IMG/VR virus record: IMGVR_UViG_3300025881_000012
Direction: 5' to 3' (one strand)
Origin: an uncultured virus (IMG/VR IMGVR_UViG_3300025881_000012)
Lineage: Duplodnaviria; Heunggongvirae; Uroviricota; Caudoviricetes
Length of the DNA stretch: 64,000 nucleotides
The position numbers and the translations under genes are program-made. The notes below the pieces were generated by a model. It worked only from the letters and a program-made list of their open reading frames with translations. It ran no database searches and was not told the DNA's origin. Below are positions 50,848 to 60,482 of this stretch, piece after piece. Numbering within the stretch: position 1 is the stretch's first letter; every line of letters starts with the position of its first letter.

Positions 50848-52648
50848 CGGTATCTGTGATAACGGATGAAGCATTTGAAGCAGATGTATCAAAAGCCAGA
50901 ACGTTGTTCCTTTGTGCATTGATCGTTGCTTGGTTAGCAGGCCTTGCTGTTATCTTTAAGTAAGGTGTTGCAGTCGCAAGTGTACCAGACCAACCACTCA
51001 ATGAAATCACACCTGTCGTTTCATCATACTCACCAATGTTATCAATGAATGTCGTACCTTGAGATGCATCAATGACCTCAATGACATTTGAGTTCAATCT
51101 ATTCCTTAAGAAACAATTTCTTGAATCAATAGTGAATATATCACTTCGGACGATGTAATTGGTATCATCAGGTGCGGCGATTGATGCAGGATATATCAGA
51201 CTATACGTGCTTTGACCCACCGTCGGTATAAATCTGTACTGCATTGTGATCTCTGCTCGTGATGAAAGAATAGATGGATCAGCATCATCAATTAACGTGA
51301 GAAGATTAGATCGTCTAAACGACTTATCAAATCCACCTAATTGATCATTGAAGTAATTCTCCACAGTCTGTGTAACAAGCGTTTCAATCGCTGTCTGTGA
51401 TGAACTTGTCAGTGTAGGATTCCACTGGAACACACTGTTGACTTGCAAGAATGTCGTAAGAGGATCTGTAAAATTAACATCAAACGATGCGACCGACAGA
51501 TTCTTTGCCAGATCTATGACGCCAGTCTTTGTTGCATCTTGAATAGTAGTGTCTTGGGTATTAAATACAATAGACACATAGACTGAACCATAGTTGGCAG
51601 GTACGTTATCTTCGCCACCCCACGATTTAATATCGGTGATAACATTGCCATATGATCTTAGAATTAGTGAGGCATAATCTTTAGCAGTTACCATTCTGTT
51701 TTGAGCGGCATACAAATAAGGTGCGTTTTTCCGAATAGAGGCAATTTCTTCTTTCTCTGATCCAGCAGTCGCACTCTTGACTGTAGTAATAACAACAGGC
51801 AGCGACTCACCATTCCCATCAAAAACAGCATCAACGGCTTGAAAGGTTCTTGCGCCGTTGGCTTCTGCGCCTGCTACTTGATCGTATATGACTTCTATCT
51901 TGTTACCTGCGTCTGGGAACTGACCTAACTTAGCACCATTACCAAACGTCAACTCATAGTCACCATTCGGTGTTTCTTTGATGACAAATATCTTAGAGTT
52001 CTTGTCAATGTTTACGGTGTCATTGAGGTTGTTATACACATCATAGAATGTTGTAGAAACATCTGTATAAACTCTTACCTGGACAGTATTCAGATCTAAG
52101 TTCTGTGTCGGTAATACGTAACTTTCGTTTTCTTTTGCAGGACCTGCAATAAAGATATTTCGCTTCTGTGTGCCTTCGTGAATCGCAACGTTTCTATTCT
52201 CACCTAACTGAAAGAAGTATTGGTTAGCACCATTGTTGGTTGCGGTCAGTGTTTGGCGAGTTTTAAACGTGTATGACTTGTTATTAACAGATGTGGTCAA
52301 TTTAAAACCAGCGGGCAATGTCATTGACGATGGAAATAATGGGTTCACAACATACAAATTAATAGAAGCACATGACGCATTTTTAGATCCTACCGTGTAG
52401 CCTAATCCACCAGCAAGACTTACAAGTGACGATCTTAATTGTGCTGTAGGCAAAAACGATTCGTTCAGTGCAAAGTTGGCAAGAAGAGAATTATAATGTG
52501 TGTTATATGCCATTACATCAAGAAGACTAGACAACCCGCTTGCCTCAAAATTGTAATCAGCAAACTCATCGCTCTGTGCCAAAAACGTTTTAAGATTGTT
52601 TTTAATTGTATTAAAATCTAACTCAGTAGATTTTATTGTGGTAGCCAT
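50843..52648 (-). CDS. gp6: Baseplate wedge subunit
   Basis: LDFNTIKNNLKTFL, DYNFEASGLSSLLDVMAYNTHY, AQNRMVTAKDY, WGGEDNVP. Confidence 0.95.
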   Translation of the reverse strand: MATTIKSTELDFNTIKNNLKTFLAQSDEFADYNFEASGLSSLLDVMAYNTHYNSLLANFALNESFLPTAQLRSSLVSLAGGLGYTVGSKNASCASINLYVVNPLFPSSMTLPAGFKLTTSVNNKSYTFKTRQTLTATNNGANQYFFQLGENRNVAIHEGTQKRNIFIAGPAKENESYVLPTQNLDLNTVQVRVYTDVSTTFYDVYNNLNDTVNIDKNSKIFVIKETPNGDYELTFGNGAKLGQFPDAGNKIEVIYDQVAGAEANGARTFQAVDAVFDGNGESLPVVITTVKSATAGSEKEEIASIRKNAPYLYAAQNRMVTAKDYASLILRSYGNVITDIKSWGGEDNVPANYGSVYVSIVFNTQDTTIQDATKTGVIDLAKNLSVASFDVNFTDPLTTFLQVNSVFQWNPTLTSSSQTAIETLVTQTVENYFNDQLGGFDKSFRRSNLLTLIDDADPSILSSRAEITMQYRFIPTVGQSTYSLIYPASIAAPDDTNYIVRSDIFTIDSRNCFLRNRLNSNVIEVIDASQGTTFIDNIGEYDETTGVISLSGWSGTLATATPYLKITARPANQATINAQRNNVLAFDTSASNASSVITDTV

Positions 52649-52657
52649 CTATATCTC

Positions 52658-53236
52658 CTATGGGTAAATTCCAGGTACTGCATCGTCAAACTGTATCGTA
52701 CCACCGCCTTCTGTGACAAGACCTCGCAGATCTTCTGTGAGAATTCTATCGTTAGGTGGCGGTAACTTAGCGGGTGCTGGATTAAATTCTGGTGCACAAT
52801 CTTCGCTCGCACCTAACACCAACTTCAATACGTCAACAATACCAGTATTAACTATTCTGAATTCTATTATAACATTAACGGTATAACGATCTGGTCTTGC
52901 TGTTACCTTGAGATTGATTATTTTTACACGTGGCTCATATCGAGCAACCGCTGATTTGATTCGTGTCGCAATCTCTTCGCCTGTGTTCTCATCTGCCATC
53001 TCAAACAACAAGCCAGATAAATTACCACCAAAGGCAGGACGATATGGCTTTTCAAATCTGTTCGTAAGGAGCAAAGATTTGAGTGACTGCTTTACACTCG
53101 CGGCGTCTGTCTTTTTAAAGACATCACCATCTGTAGCCGTACGAGCAAAGAAACTCAAATCAAAGTCAGACCAAGGTATCTCCTTGGTTACGCGAGGACT
53201 CTTCGATAAGTTTCCGTCTTCGTTTGAATTTGCCAT
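52658..53236 (-). CDS. gp25: Baseplate wedge subunit with C-terminal extension
   Basis: SVKQSLKSLLLTNRFEKPYRPAFG, RYEPRV; directly upstream of gp6. Confidence 0.9.
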   Translation of the reverse strand: MANSNEDGNLSKSPRVTKEIPWSDFDLSFFARTATDGDVFKKTDAASVKQSLKSLLLTNRFEKPYRPAFGGNLSGLLFEMADENTGEEIATRIKSAVARYEPRVKIINLKVTARPDRYTVNVIIEFRIVNTGIVDVLKLVLGASEDCAPEFNPAPAKLPPPNDRILTEDLRGLVTEGGGTIQFDDAVPGIYP

Positions 53237-53259
53237 TATTATACCCTAATTAATGCTTT

Positions 53260-53267
53260 TATTTATA
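53260..53267 (-). promoter_or_regulatory. T4-type late promoter TATAAATA for gp25-gp6
   Basis: Exact consensus about 24 nt upstream of gp25. Confidence 0.75.
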
Positions 53268-53270
53268 TGA

Positions 53271-54029
53271 TTATTCAGGAAGAATTTCTAAAAGTTCGTT
53301 TCTTGTTTGTACTTCGCCGTTATATGTTGTCTCCAAACCATATTTGTAAGATACTTCATACGTATCAGGCACCTCAGGTGTTTCAATAACAATCTGGCAC
53401 GTAAGAGAACCTTTTGGATCAAACGTGTCATAGTCCAGTGTCAGTTTATCATAGTCAATATAATCTTTCCAGTAGACTGCCAGATCAAACGTCTTCTCGG
53501 GATCTGTTTGTCCAGAACGATCAATCAACTGATAAACGACTGCTTGACCTTTTCGTCTTAGATCTAGAATACCCGATGGTCGTTCACCAATATAGTTTGG
53601 CTTGTTGACAACCCATCCAATCACATCGTTCTGATTTCGTCCGTCAATTCCTTTCTTCTTTTCTTTGTATGATGCACCGGGCGTTGCACTCGCCATATTT
53701 TTTGCAGTGTCTTTGTTACCTGCTTGAATCTCTTGAACCTCAAACTTAGGATTAGGTTCGTATATACCTTCACTGACTACCAGTCGGTGTTGCTCAAACT
53801 GTTTCATGCCCGAGATAGACTGGATGATTTTGGCATGAAGCACCAGATTTCTTGCTAGTTGCTGAAAGTCAGGTGGTCCATTAAATGAATCGTTATATAA
53901 CTTCTTTAACTGTGTACGTGATCCTGGTGCACCCAGAAACTTAGCCATTGTAATACCAGGACCTAACTGAGTGGCAGATGTAATAATCTGACCGGTAGGA
54001 TCATATTGTGCATCAACTAATATATTCAT
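53271..54029 (-). CDS. Hypothetical baseplate-associated protein, possibly a degenerate peptidase M15-like fold
   Basis: ATGA-coupled to the gp5 spike gene; GQAVVY and YDKLTLDY echo the M15A G.A.D and FDQLILE segments, but metal ligands are not evident. Confidence 0.55.
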   Translation of the reverse strand: MNILVDAQYDPTGQIITSATQLGPGITMAKFLGAPGSRTQLKKLYNDSFNGPPDFQQLARNLVLHAKIIQSISGMKQFEQHRLVVSEGIYEPNPKFEVQEIQAGNKDTAKNMASATPGASYKEKKKGIDGRNQNDVIGWVVNKPNYIGERPSGILDLRRKGQAVVYQLIDRSGQTDPEKTFDLAVYWKDYIDYDKLTLDYDTFDPKGSLTCQIVIETPEVPDTYEVSYKYGLETTYNGEVQTRNELLEILPE

Positions 54030-55489
54030 TTATTCACCTTGAAACGCTTGCTTCTATTGTCAGCAGGATTGTTGCCTAATAATTCAACACCAAATCGTAT
54101 AGTACCTTCTTTGTTTGCAGATCGTCCTATGTTCTTAGGTATGGTCTTATTGTAGTTCTCACTTAACAGCCCCTCACTCACTAAGATGCCAGTCAACTTT
54201 CCGTTCTTCATATTTGCGGGTGATCGGAGTTTACTTCGGATCTCTGCTATCGTAGGATCAAAGTTAAACAGATCATCATAGTCATCTGACTTGAGTATCT
54301 TATCTTTGAGTTTAGGATCTACTGCCACATTTCTCACACCATATGCACTTGTTGCCAGCATCAGTTCAACGATACCTGGATTTGGTAATGGTGCAGTGGG
54401 AGGCAAAACTGGATAGGGCATGATGCCGGGCTTAGGTGGTACTATCGTGGGTTTTGGACCTGGCTTTGCGTCTTTGGCTGTGACTGCTGTAAGTGCGGCA
54501 CCCGCACCTATGGCGTAGCCCGCCTGAGATGCTTTCATTGCATAATCAGCATGGAATGCTTCTGTTGCTCTTCCTACCAAAGCGCCATAGAATGTCGCAA
54601 TGTTTGTTACACCGCCAGGAAGTCCACCGTATGACTTGCCGTAATAGTCAATCAAAGAACCACCAATGGTTCCTTTGTGTCCGATTAATGAAACATGTCT
54701 AGCAGAAATGTTGGCTGTGCTTGCGGCGGCAGTCCATTCTGATACTGCCGTAGTCACAAGATTCTGACCTGCTGTCAGTTCTGTTGAGCCCACACTGCGA
54801 TAGTTAGCATTGCCGGACACAATCGTATTGTGGTCATCAAGAATTACTTCTGTGTTTTTGCCTATCACGTTTGCACTTCTTGATCCACGAACGGTGTAGT
54901 TTTGATCACGATCAACAGTCTTGGTGTGTCTGCCCTTGACCTTCTCTATCTTGTCACCCGCAATGTTGAGATTATAGTTACCCTCAACATCTAGATTGAA
55001 ATCACCAGCCACTTTAAAGTTAACATCACCCTTGTAAATAAGATTGCCTTCGCCTTCTACAATGACAGTTGCATCACCGCCTGTAACCTGTACAGTCTGT
55101 CGTTGTGATGAAATCAAAACACTACCGTCAGCACGAAGTTCCATGCCAGCGCCTGTTCTGTGTTTGATCAGAATTCTCTCACCGCCAGGAGTGTCATCTA
55201 TTTCAATAACATGACCAGACTCAGTTTCTTGAACTTGATTGAACGGGTACTCTGAGGATTTCTGATCCGGTAATTGTAGATCAACCCCATACACACTGCC
55301 ACCTAGAGCCAGATTGTTGATCTTTGCACCAACAGCCGCTTTGTTAATACTAGTGCCGAAGAAGTAGTCTCGCTTAGGATATTCGCCTGTAGGATCAACC
55401 ATGCCATCAGTAGGCACTCCTTGTGTTGCTTCTTGACCCTCATCAAGATATTTCTCTCTTCCTGAAATATCGTCTACGGTATTAGTCAT
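54026..55489 (-). CDS. gp5-like central spike, C-terminal (beta-helix) part
   Basis: YPFNQVQETESGHVIEIDDTPGGERILIKHRTG, then V.GD.N..V.GN repeats. Start set at MTNTV. Confidence 0.85.
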   Translation of the reverse strand: MTNTVDDISGREKYLDEGQEATQGVPTDGMVDPTGEYPKRDYFFGTSINKAAVGAKINNLALGGSVYGVDLQLPDQKSSEYPFNQVQETESGHVIEIDDTPGGERILIKHRTGAGMELRADGSVLISSQRQTVQVTGGDATVIVEGEGNLIYKGDVNFKVAGDFNLDVEGNYNLNIAGDKIEKVKGRHTKTVDRDQNYTVRGSRSANVIGKNTEVILDDHNTIVSGNANYRSVGSTELTAGQNLVTTAVSEWTAAASTANISARHVSLIGHKGTIGGSLIDYYGKSYGGLPGGVTNIATFYGALVGRATEAFHADYAMKASQAGYAIGAGAALTAVTAKDAKPGPKPTIVPPKPGIMPYPVLPPTAPLPNPGIVELMLATSAYGVRNVAVDPKLKDKILKSDDYDDLFNFDPTIAEIRSKLRSPANMKNGKLTGILVSEGLLSENYNKTIPKNIGRSANKEGTIRFGVELLGNNPADNRSKRFKVNK

Positions 55490-57455
55490 AGTGTTTTCCA
55501 AACCTTGTTAAAACATAATCGGTAACTTCAAATCCAGGATCAACGTTCTGTCCTGTAAAATCTAACTCAGAGTGACCTTTGATAATGCCTCCTGGATATA
55601 TCGCAAAGAATGCTCGGCACCAATGATCAAAGGTATTTATTTGGCTTCGTGTCAATGATTGAGATGATAGGAAGTTAGCCGCGTTAGGTGTACCTGTTGG
55701 AGCATTAATGCCACCCACAAATACAAACGACAATGTTCCTTTGTCATAATCAGGTGTGTGTTGTCCATCTTCGTTGACTGGACGTCCACGTTGCAGAGAT
55801 CCATCACGCCGACATACATAATGATATCCCAGACCATCTAGTCCTGCCGCTAGGTGCCAAGAGTTAATCTCCTCACTACCCACATTTTTGTTTGTGTGTG
55901 TCTCTGTCCAATGAACTACAGCCGTGACCTCAGGATCCAATTCACGAGTAATCGCACGAAACTCCGCCGATAGTTCTTCTACGGACGACACATAAGGAAA
56001 CACTGGATTGCCTTGCCCTTTGTTCCATGACTTTGAGTATGATCCAATTTCATATGGGTCAGAGAACACCGTAACGTCCGGTGGTAACCGTGTTGCACTG
56101 GCGATAGTGGTGTCAATAGACTTCACAAATCGTCTGAGTTCTTCATAAGACAATCCGCTACAATCTGAAAGAATCTGGATTGCTTTACTCTCATCACCGG
56201 CATCACCCTGCGATAGTGCAATGACTTCTTGAATCTTCTCGTCAGATAATACCGGACATATGCCACGAATCTGATCTTCAATCTGTGTCAATACTTTGGT
56301 ACTCAAACCTTGTATAATACCAGATTCGCTATTGTTGCCTGCTTGCGTTTTGACTAGACCTTTATACTCTTCTACGTTTCTTTGATAATCATTTTGTGTG
56401 GCAGTTTGTGTACTTACTGAATTCAGAACCTGAGCACCGTCTTTACCACCACTTAGATTGGTAAGATCGTCTTTAGCACCTTCTATGTTTTGTCTTATCT
56501 CATTGCCTCGGGTAACAATATTACTCAAGTCAGTAAGGGCATCGGAGTCTATGTTTTTGATAGCACCAAAGAGTTCATCACTATCTGTTCGGCCTAGAAC
56601 ACCACCTGTTCCTGGATTTGATGTGGTAGCAGTAGAATACGTGATACTTCCGTCAGAGTCTACACTGGGCGGCTTTCCCAATCCATCATCAAGCAATATC
56701 TGATATGAAACAAGTTTGTTTACATTACCAGCCGATGCCAAACCCTGTGTGATGGTTGATTTAACTTCGCTCGTAACACTTTTAATTGCATCGGATGCAA
56801 GACTGTTTATGGATGTGGATGTAAACGCACCCACTTTACCTGCCACCAAATCTTTACCCGCACTAAGAAGACCCGCCGGCGATGCATTTGTTGCAACCTT
56901 TTGCAGATCTCCTATCATGCTTGATGGATCAGTGGAGATTCCAAGACCCGTGATCAATGACAGAATACCTGCGAGGGCGTCTGCACCACCTTCAGGATTG
57001 AGAGATGATGTGACGGGCAATGTCACGCCTGTGTCTGGATCAAACGTGAACTCAATTTCAACTTTGGTGCCTAGTTTACCAAGAAGTCCAGCGACAGCAC
57101 CTTCTACCATATCTGTTGCCATGTTCGTTAGACTTGACGCATCACCATTGAGAAGTCCAGTTACTGTGTCTTTGGCTTCATTGAGTTCACCTTTAAACGC
57201 ATCTGCTTGTTGTGTCAGACTCTCAATACCGCCAGTGACTTGACCCGCAATCTGACCTGTTACACCAGTAGTCGCGTCTGTCAATGCACTCTTGGCATTT
57301 GCCGCAGTCGCATTAATACCCGATCTGGATATTGCATCACTGGTATTAGAGACCGTTTCCTTTAACTCTTCACTATAAGACTCGGTTGAGGCATTGGCTA
57401 CCCTTTGCGATACATTCTTAATCTTACCTGTTTTAGCGTCTACTATTTCAGTCAT
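55482..57455 (-). CDS. Helical low-complexity protein with C-terminal N-acetylmuramoyl-L-alanine amidase (Amidase_2, T7-lysozyme-like)
   Basis: VVHWTET, EEINSWH, GYHYVCRRDGSLQRGRP, FVGG, GHSE...DPGF. Confidence 0.85.
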   Translation of the reverse strand: MTEIVDAKTGKIKNVSQRVANASTESYSEELKETVSNTSDAISRSGINATAANAKSALTDATTGVTGQIAGQVTGGIESLTQQADAFKGELNEAKDTVTGLLNGDASSLTNMATDMVEGAVAGLLGKLGTKVEIEFTFDPDTGVTLPVTSSLNPEGGADALAGILSLITGLGISTDPSSMIGDLQKVATNASPAGLLSAGKDLVAGKVGAFTSTSINSLASDAIKSVTSEVKSTITQGLASAGNVNKLVSYQILLDDGLGKPPSVDSDGSITYSTATTSNPGTGGVLGRTDSDELFGAIKNIDSDALTDLSNIVTRGNEIRQNIEGAKDDLTNLSGGKDGAQVLNSVSTQTATQNDYQRNVEEYKGLVKTQAGNNSESGIIQGLSTKVLTQIEDQIRGICPVLSDEKIQEVIALSQGDAGDESKAIQILSDCSGLSYEELRRFVKSIDTTIASATRLPPDVTVFSDPYEIGSYSKSWNKGQGNPVFPYVSSVEELSAEFRAITRELDPEVTAVVHWTETHTNKNVGSEEINSWHLAAGLDGLGYHYVCRRDGSLQRGRPVNEDGQHTPDYDKGTLSFVFVGGINAPTGTPNAANFLSSQSLTRSQINTFDHWCRAFFAIYPGGIIKGHSELDFTGQNVDPGFEVTDYVLTRFGKHYD

Positions 57456-58303
57456 TATGTTAATACCTCTTCATATGCGCGTTGGGCTAACTGATCACTT
57501 TTTGCAGTAGACTGTAAATAGAAACTATTGACTGCTTTACTGGCGTCTTTAATATTGTTAGCGGATAGAATTTTAGAATTGGCAAGATTAAATCGTGTTC
57601 TCAATTCAAACAACACGTACTGAAGTTGGGTAGAATACAACTGAGGATCTATCGTCGGTTGATACTGTTGAGCAAACCGAAGCAGACCCACATAACGACT
57701 ACCTACCGAAGCATTGATATCCCATTTGGCAATGCCTCCGCCGTCAGTCTTAAATGAATTCGTCTTTTGAAGTGCACCCGTAATCGCGGCCGCATATATC
57801 GCTTCGTAACCATTGTCTATAAAAAACTTCATAGATTGTTGGCGTCTCAATCCAATTTCGGCTTCGGCTTTCTCATCATCTAGTAAAGGTGATATGATAA
57901 CATTTTGTACTCTGCTTTGATTGTACTGAAATCCATCGCTGAATCCGGTTGTCTTATTCTTTTGAATAGACGATGGCATCTCGGTGTGAGGTAGTGAACC
58001 TAATACAAGTGGTATTTGAGATGCAACACCATCCATAAAGATACCAAACACAAACGCACCTTTTGTCAACTGAGGTATTCGTCCAATGCCCGATGATCCA
58101 CCTTCTGTTGTAGGTATCAACACTTGTGCCCAAGGCAGATCGGCTTCTGGTATTTCACCCGTTTCTGGATTGTGAACACCAATAATTCGCACTTTGACTC
58201 TGCCCTCTAGACCAGCCGGCGGCGCAGAGTTAATGACATAACCTAGAAACCAGCGATTGTCATCACCATAATACTCTTTTTGTATAGGTCTTAATACATT
58301 CAT
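57455..58303 (-). CDS. gp5-like N-terminal OB-fold fused to a tail-lysozyme-like domain
   Basis: GRVKVRIIGVH, DLPWAQV, VFGIFMDG..SQ.PLVLGS; C-half AAAITGAL, GIAKW, QLQYVLFEL. Confidence 0.8.
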   Translation of the reverse strand: MNVLRPIQKEYYGDDNRWFLGYVINSAPPAGLEGRVKVRIIGVHNPETGEIPEADLPWAQVLIPTTEGGSSGIGRIPQLTKGAFVFGIFMDGVASQIPLVLGSLPHTEMPSSIQKNKTTGFSDGFQYNQSRVQNVIISPLLDDEKAEAEIGLRRQQSMKFFIDNGYEAIYAAAITGALQKTNSFKTDGGGIAKWDINASVGSRYVGLLRFAQQYQPTIDPQLYSTQLQYVLFELRTRFNLANSKILSANNIKDASKAVNSFYLQSTAKSDQLAQRAYEEVLT

Positions 58304-59670
58304 TAAATTTCTGCGTCTTCTGGTATGTCGCCAATCTTGGCTAGTCTGAGGGTTGCGGCATGATTCTCTTGTCTAAAATAATTCTGGACTGCCATAATCA
58401 GATAATCACCACTCTTTTTCTTGTCTAGTCTGTCGTACAATGTGGCTTCGTCTGATGCTTCGGGTTGTGTTGAAAGGAACAACACACGAATTCTTGCACC
58501 CACTGAACACTTAGATTCTATCATAAGTCTTCCATCAATACCTATATCTATGATGTTCTTCTTGAGAATGGCACGAATGATCTTGTTCTTGATCTTTAGT
58601 CGTGATTCAATCAAATTACCATTTGTGTCTGTCAGTACTGCTTCATCATGATACCCTAAAAACTGATTATAGGTGCCTGTTGATGTGACTTGAAAGATAT
58701 TGGCAGAGTTATACTCATCTGCCAGTTTATCACCAATTAACAGTGATGGATCAAACATCGTCTGTGCGGTGTTTGGATCTAACAGATCGTTTATATAGAA
58801 CTCATCAACGATGTCGCGAATTGAAATATGATCGCCTAACACACTACCACTACCTGCATCAACATTCGTGTACATTGATCCCACGTTGCCATTCTCCATT
58901 TGCAACATCAAATTATCACCGTTCTGTTCACGATAATTTAACACCTGAAAGTACGGTCGGAGTCTTTCATCTTCCTGATCAAGCGCCGCACCCGCATCTG
59001 CATAGCGCAAAGGAAAGTCTTTGTTGAATACAGGCTGTTGCATCAAACCATCAAAGTCAGACAACAAAAGATTGTTGCTGTATAGTGTAGAGTAAAGATA
59101 TAATGGACCACCAATGCGAGTCGTCGCTCGCGTCAGTATCCATTGGATCGCCTCTAGTGGACTCATGTAAGGTACAACGATCTTTCGTACACCTTGGGCA
59201 GAACCACTCTGAGTGATAAACTTTTCAACAGTTTTGCCCAGTTCAATACTGCAAATGTTAGTAATGATATCTTCAATGTTACCTGTAAAAGATCGTGAGA
59301 TCTGTTTGACAGAATCTATATACAGTTGATCTTCTACCAAAGACACCGAGATGATTTCGCTGTTATCGTTTTGACGGAGACTGTCGTTGATCTGGCTAAT
59401 AAAGAAGAACTTAGTAAACACCTCGCCTTGAGGATCATTGGGATTACCCAGAACGATTCTAAACTTCTCTGTGCCTGCGATTGACAATGTGTCCTTGAGA
59501 CCGAAGTCATCAATGAACACCAGTTGAGCATCAATATAAGGCTTGCCTATGTTCTCAAATGTCTTGAACTCTAGAAGGCTAGACTTGATATCAACTTCTA
59601 TATCATTGCCCTGCACTCTAGAAGATATAAGAACAGCCTCTAGAATTGTATTGTTTGTTTCATCAGCCAT
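58303..59670 (-). CDS. Probable baseplate hub protein (gp27-like)
   Basis: FENIGKPYI, I.GTEK, VPYMSPLEAIQW, KSGDYLI; position between gp53 and gp5. Confidence 0.6.
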   Translation of the reverse strand: MADETNNTILEAVLISSRVQGNDIEVDIKSSLLEFKTFENIGKPYIDAQLVFIDDFGLKDTLSIAGTEKFRIVLGNPNDPQGEVFTKFFFISQINDSLRQNDNSEIISVSLVEDQLYIDSVKQISRSFTGNIEDIITNICSIELGKTVEKFITQSGSAQGVRKIVVPYMSPLEAIQWILTRATTRIGGPLYLYSTLYSNNLLLSDFDGLMQQPVFNKDFPLRYADAGAALDQEDERLRPYFQVLNYREQNGDNLMLQMENGNVGSMYTNVDAGSGSVLGDHISIRDIVDEFYINDLLDPNTAQTMFDPSLLIGDKLADEYNSANIFQVTSTGTYNQFLGYHDEAVLTDTNGNLIESRLKIKNKIIRAILKKNIIDIGIDGRLMIESKCSVGARIRVLFLSTQPEASDEATLYDRLDKKKSGDYLIMAVQNYFRQENHAATLRLAKIGDIPEDAEI

Positions 59671-60482
59671 TAGCCGATTGCCGCCTTGAACTTACCTGCT
59701 ACTTGTGCGATTAGATCTGATTTGATGATTCGTATTCTTTTCAGTTCATCATTCTCTTCAATCAAATGGTCTAGGTTTGTGACTTGAATTCTTGTGGCGG
59801 GTATTTGATACGTTTCTGTTTGATTGTTCCACTCACCAAAGTATAAATCAATAGGCAAACCACTGTCGTTTCGGTACTCATATGTACCAAAGTATTCTCT
59901 CACGGTGCTCTCTAGCATCTTGGTGTGTGCACCCGTAGTATATGATACTTGAGAGGATGTGCTGTAATCGCTATCACGATCAATATTGTAATAGGGTGAG
60001 TAGAATGTGATTTCACCAACTTGAAGATTCTTGCTCTTGACGATCATGGGTCTACCATTCAACAACACCTCTTGACCTACAGGATAAAGTTCAGTCGGAG
60101 GTATTGTTGTTTTGTCAAGTGCCCATGATGCCGCACTGTCTACGGTATCATTTGCGAATTCAATCTTGCTTGTCCAACCGGTGTAGAGATCGTTCTGTGC
60201 TAGATCATAGACGTTTTGCATTGATAATGGCCAACCGCGTTCACGAAGTTTATCATTCATCACAAAAAATGTCCAGTCATATTCGCTGGTACCATACAGT
60301 CTGTGTGATAATGTGTCAGGGCGTTCAAAGTCTTTTATCTCATACTCAATGTACGCCGATATCTGATCCGCAATCTGATCAATCGTATTGGTAAACTTAC
60401 TGATATTCTGTACAGCCGTCGGTGTGATTTCATCACCAAACAGATACAGTGTCTTTGGAAAATTCTTGAAATAATTACTCAT
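59670..60482 (-). CDS. gp53: Baseplate wedge subunit
   Basis: YFKNFPK, ERPDTLSHRLYG...DW, WPLS, ENDELKRIRII. Confidence 0.88.
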   Translation of the reverse strand: MSNYFKNFPKTLYLFGDEITPTAVQNISKFTNTIDQIADQISAYIEYEIKDFERPDTLSHRLYGTSEYDWTFFVMNDKLRERGWPLSMQNVYDLAQNDLYTGWTSKIEFANDTVDSAASWALDKTTIPPTELYPVGQEVLLNGRPMIVKSKNLQVGEITFYSPYYNIDRDSDYSTSSQVSYTTGAHTKMLESTVREYFGTYEYRNDSGLPIDLYFGEWNNQTETYQIPATRIQVTNLDHLIEENDELKRIRIIKSDLIAQVAGKFKAAIG

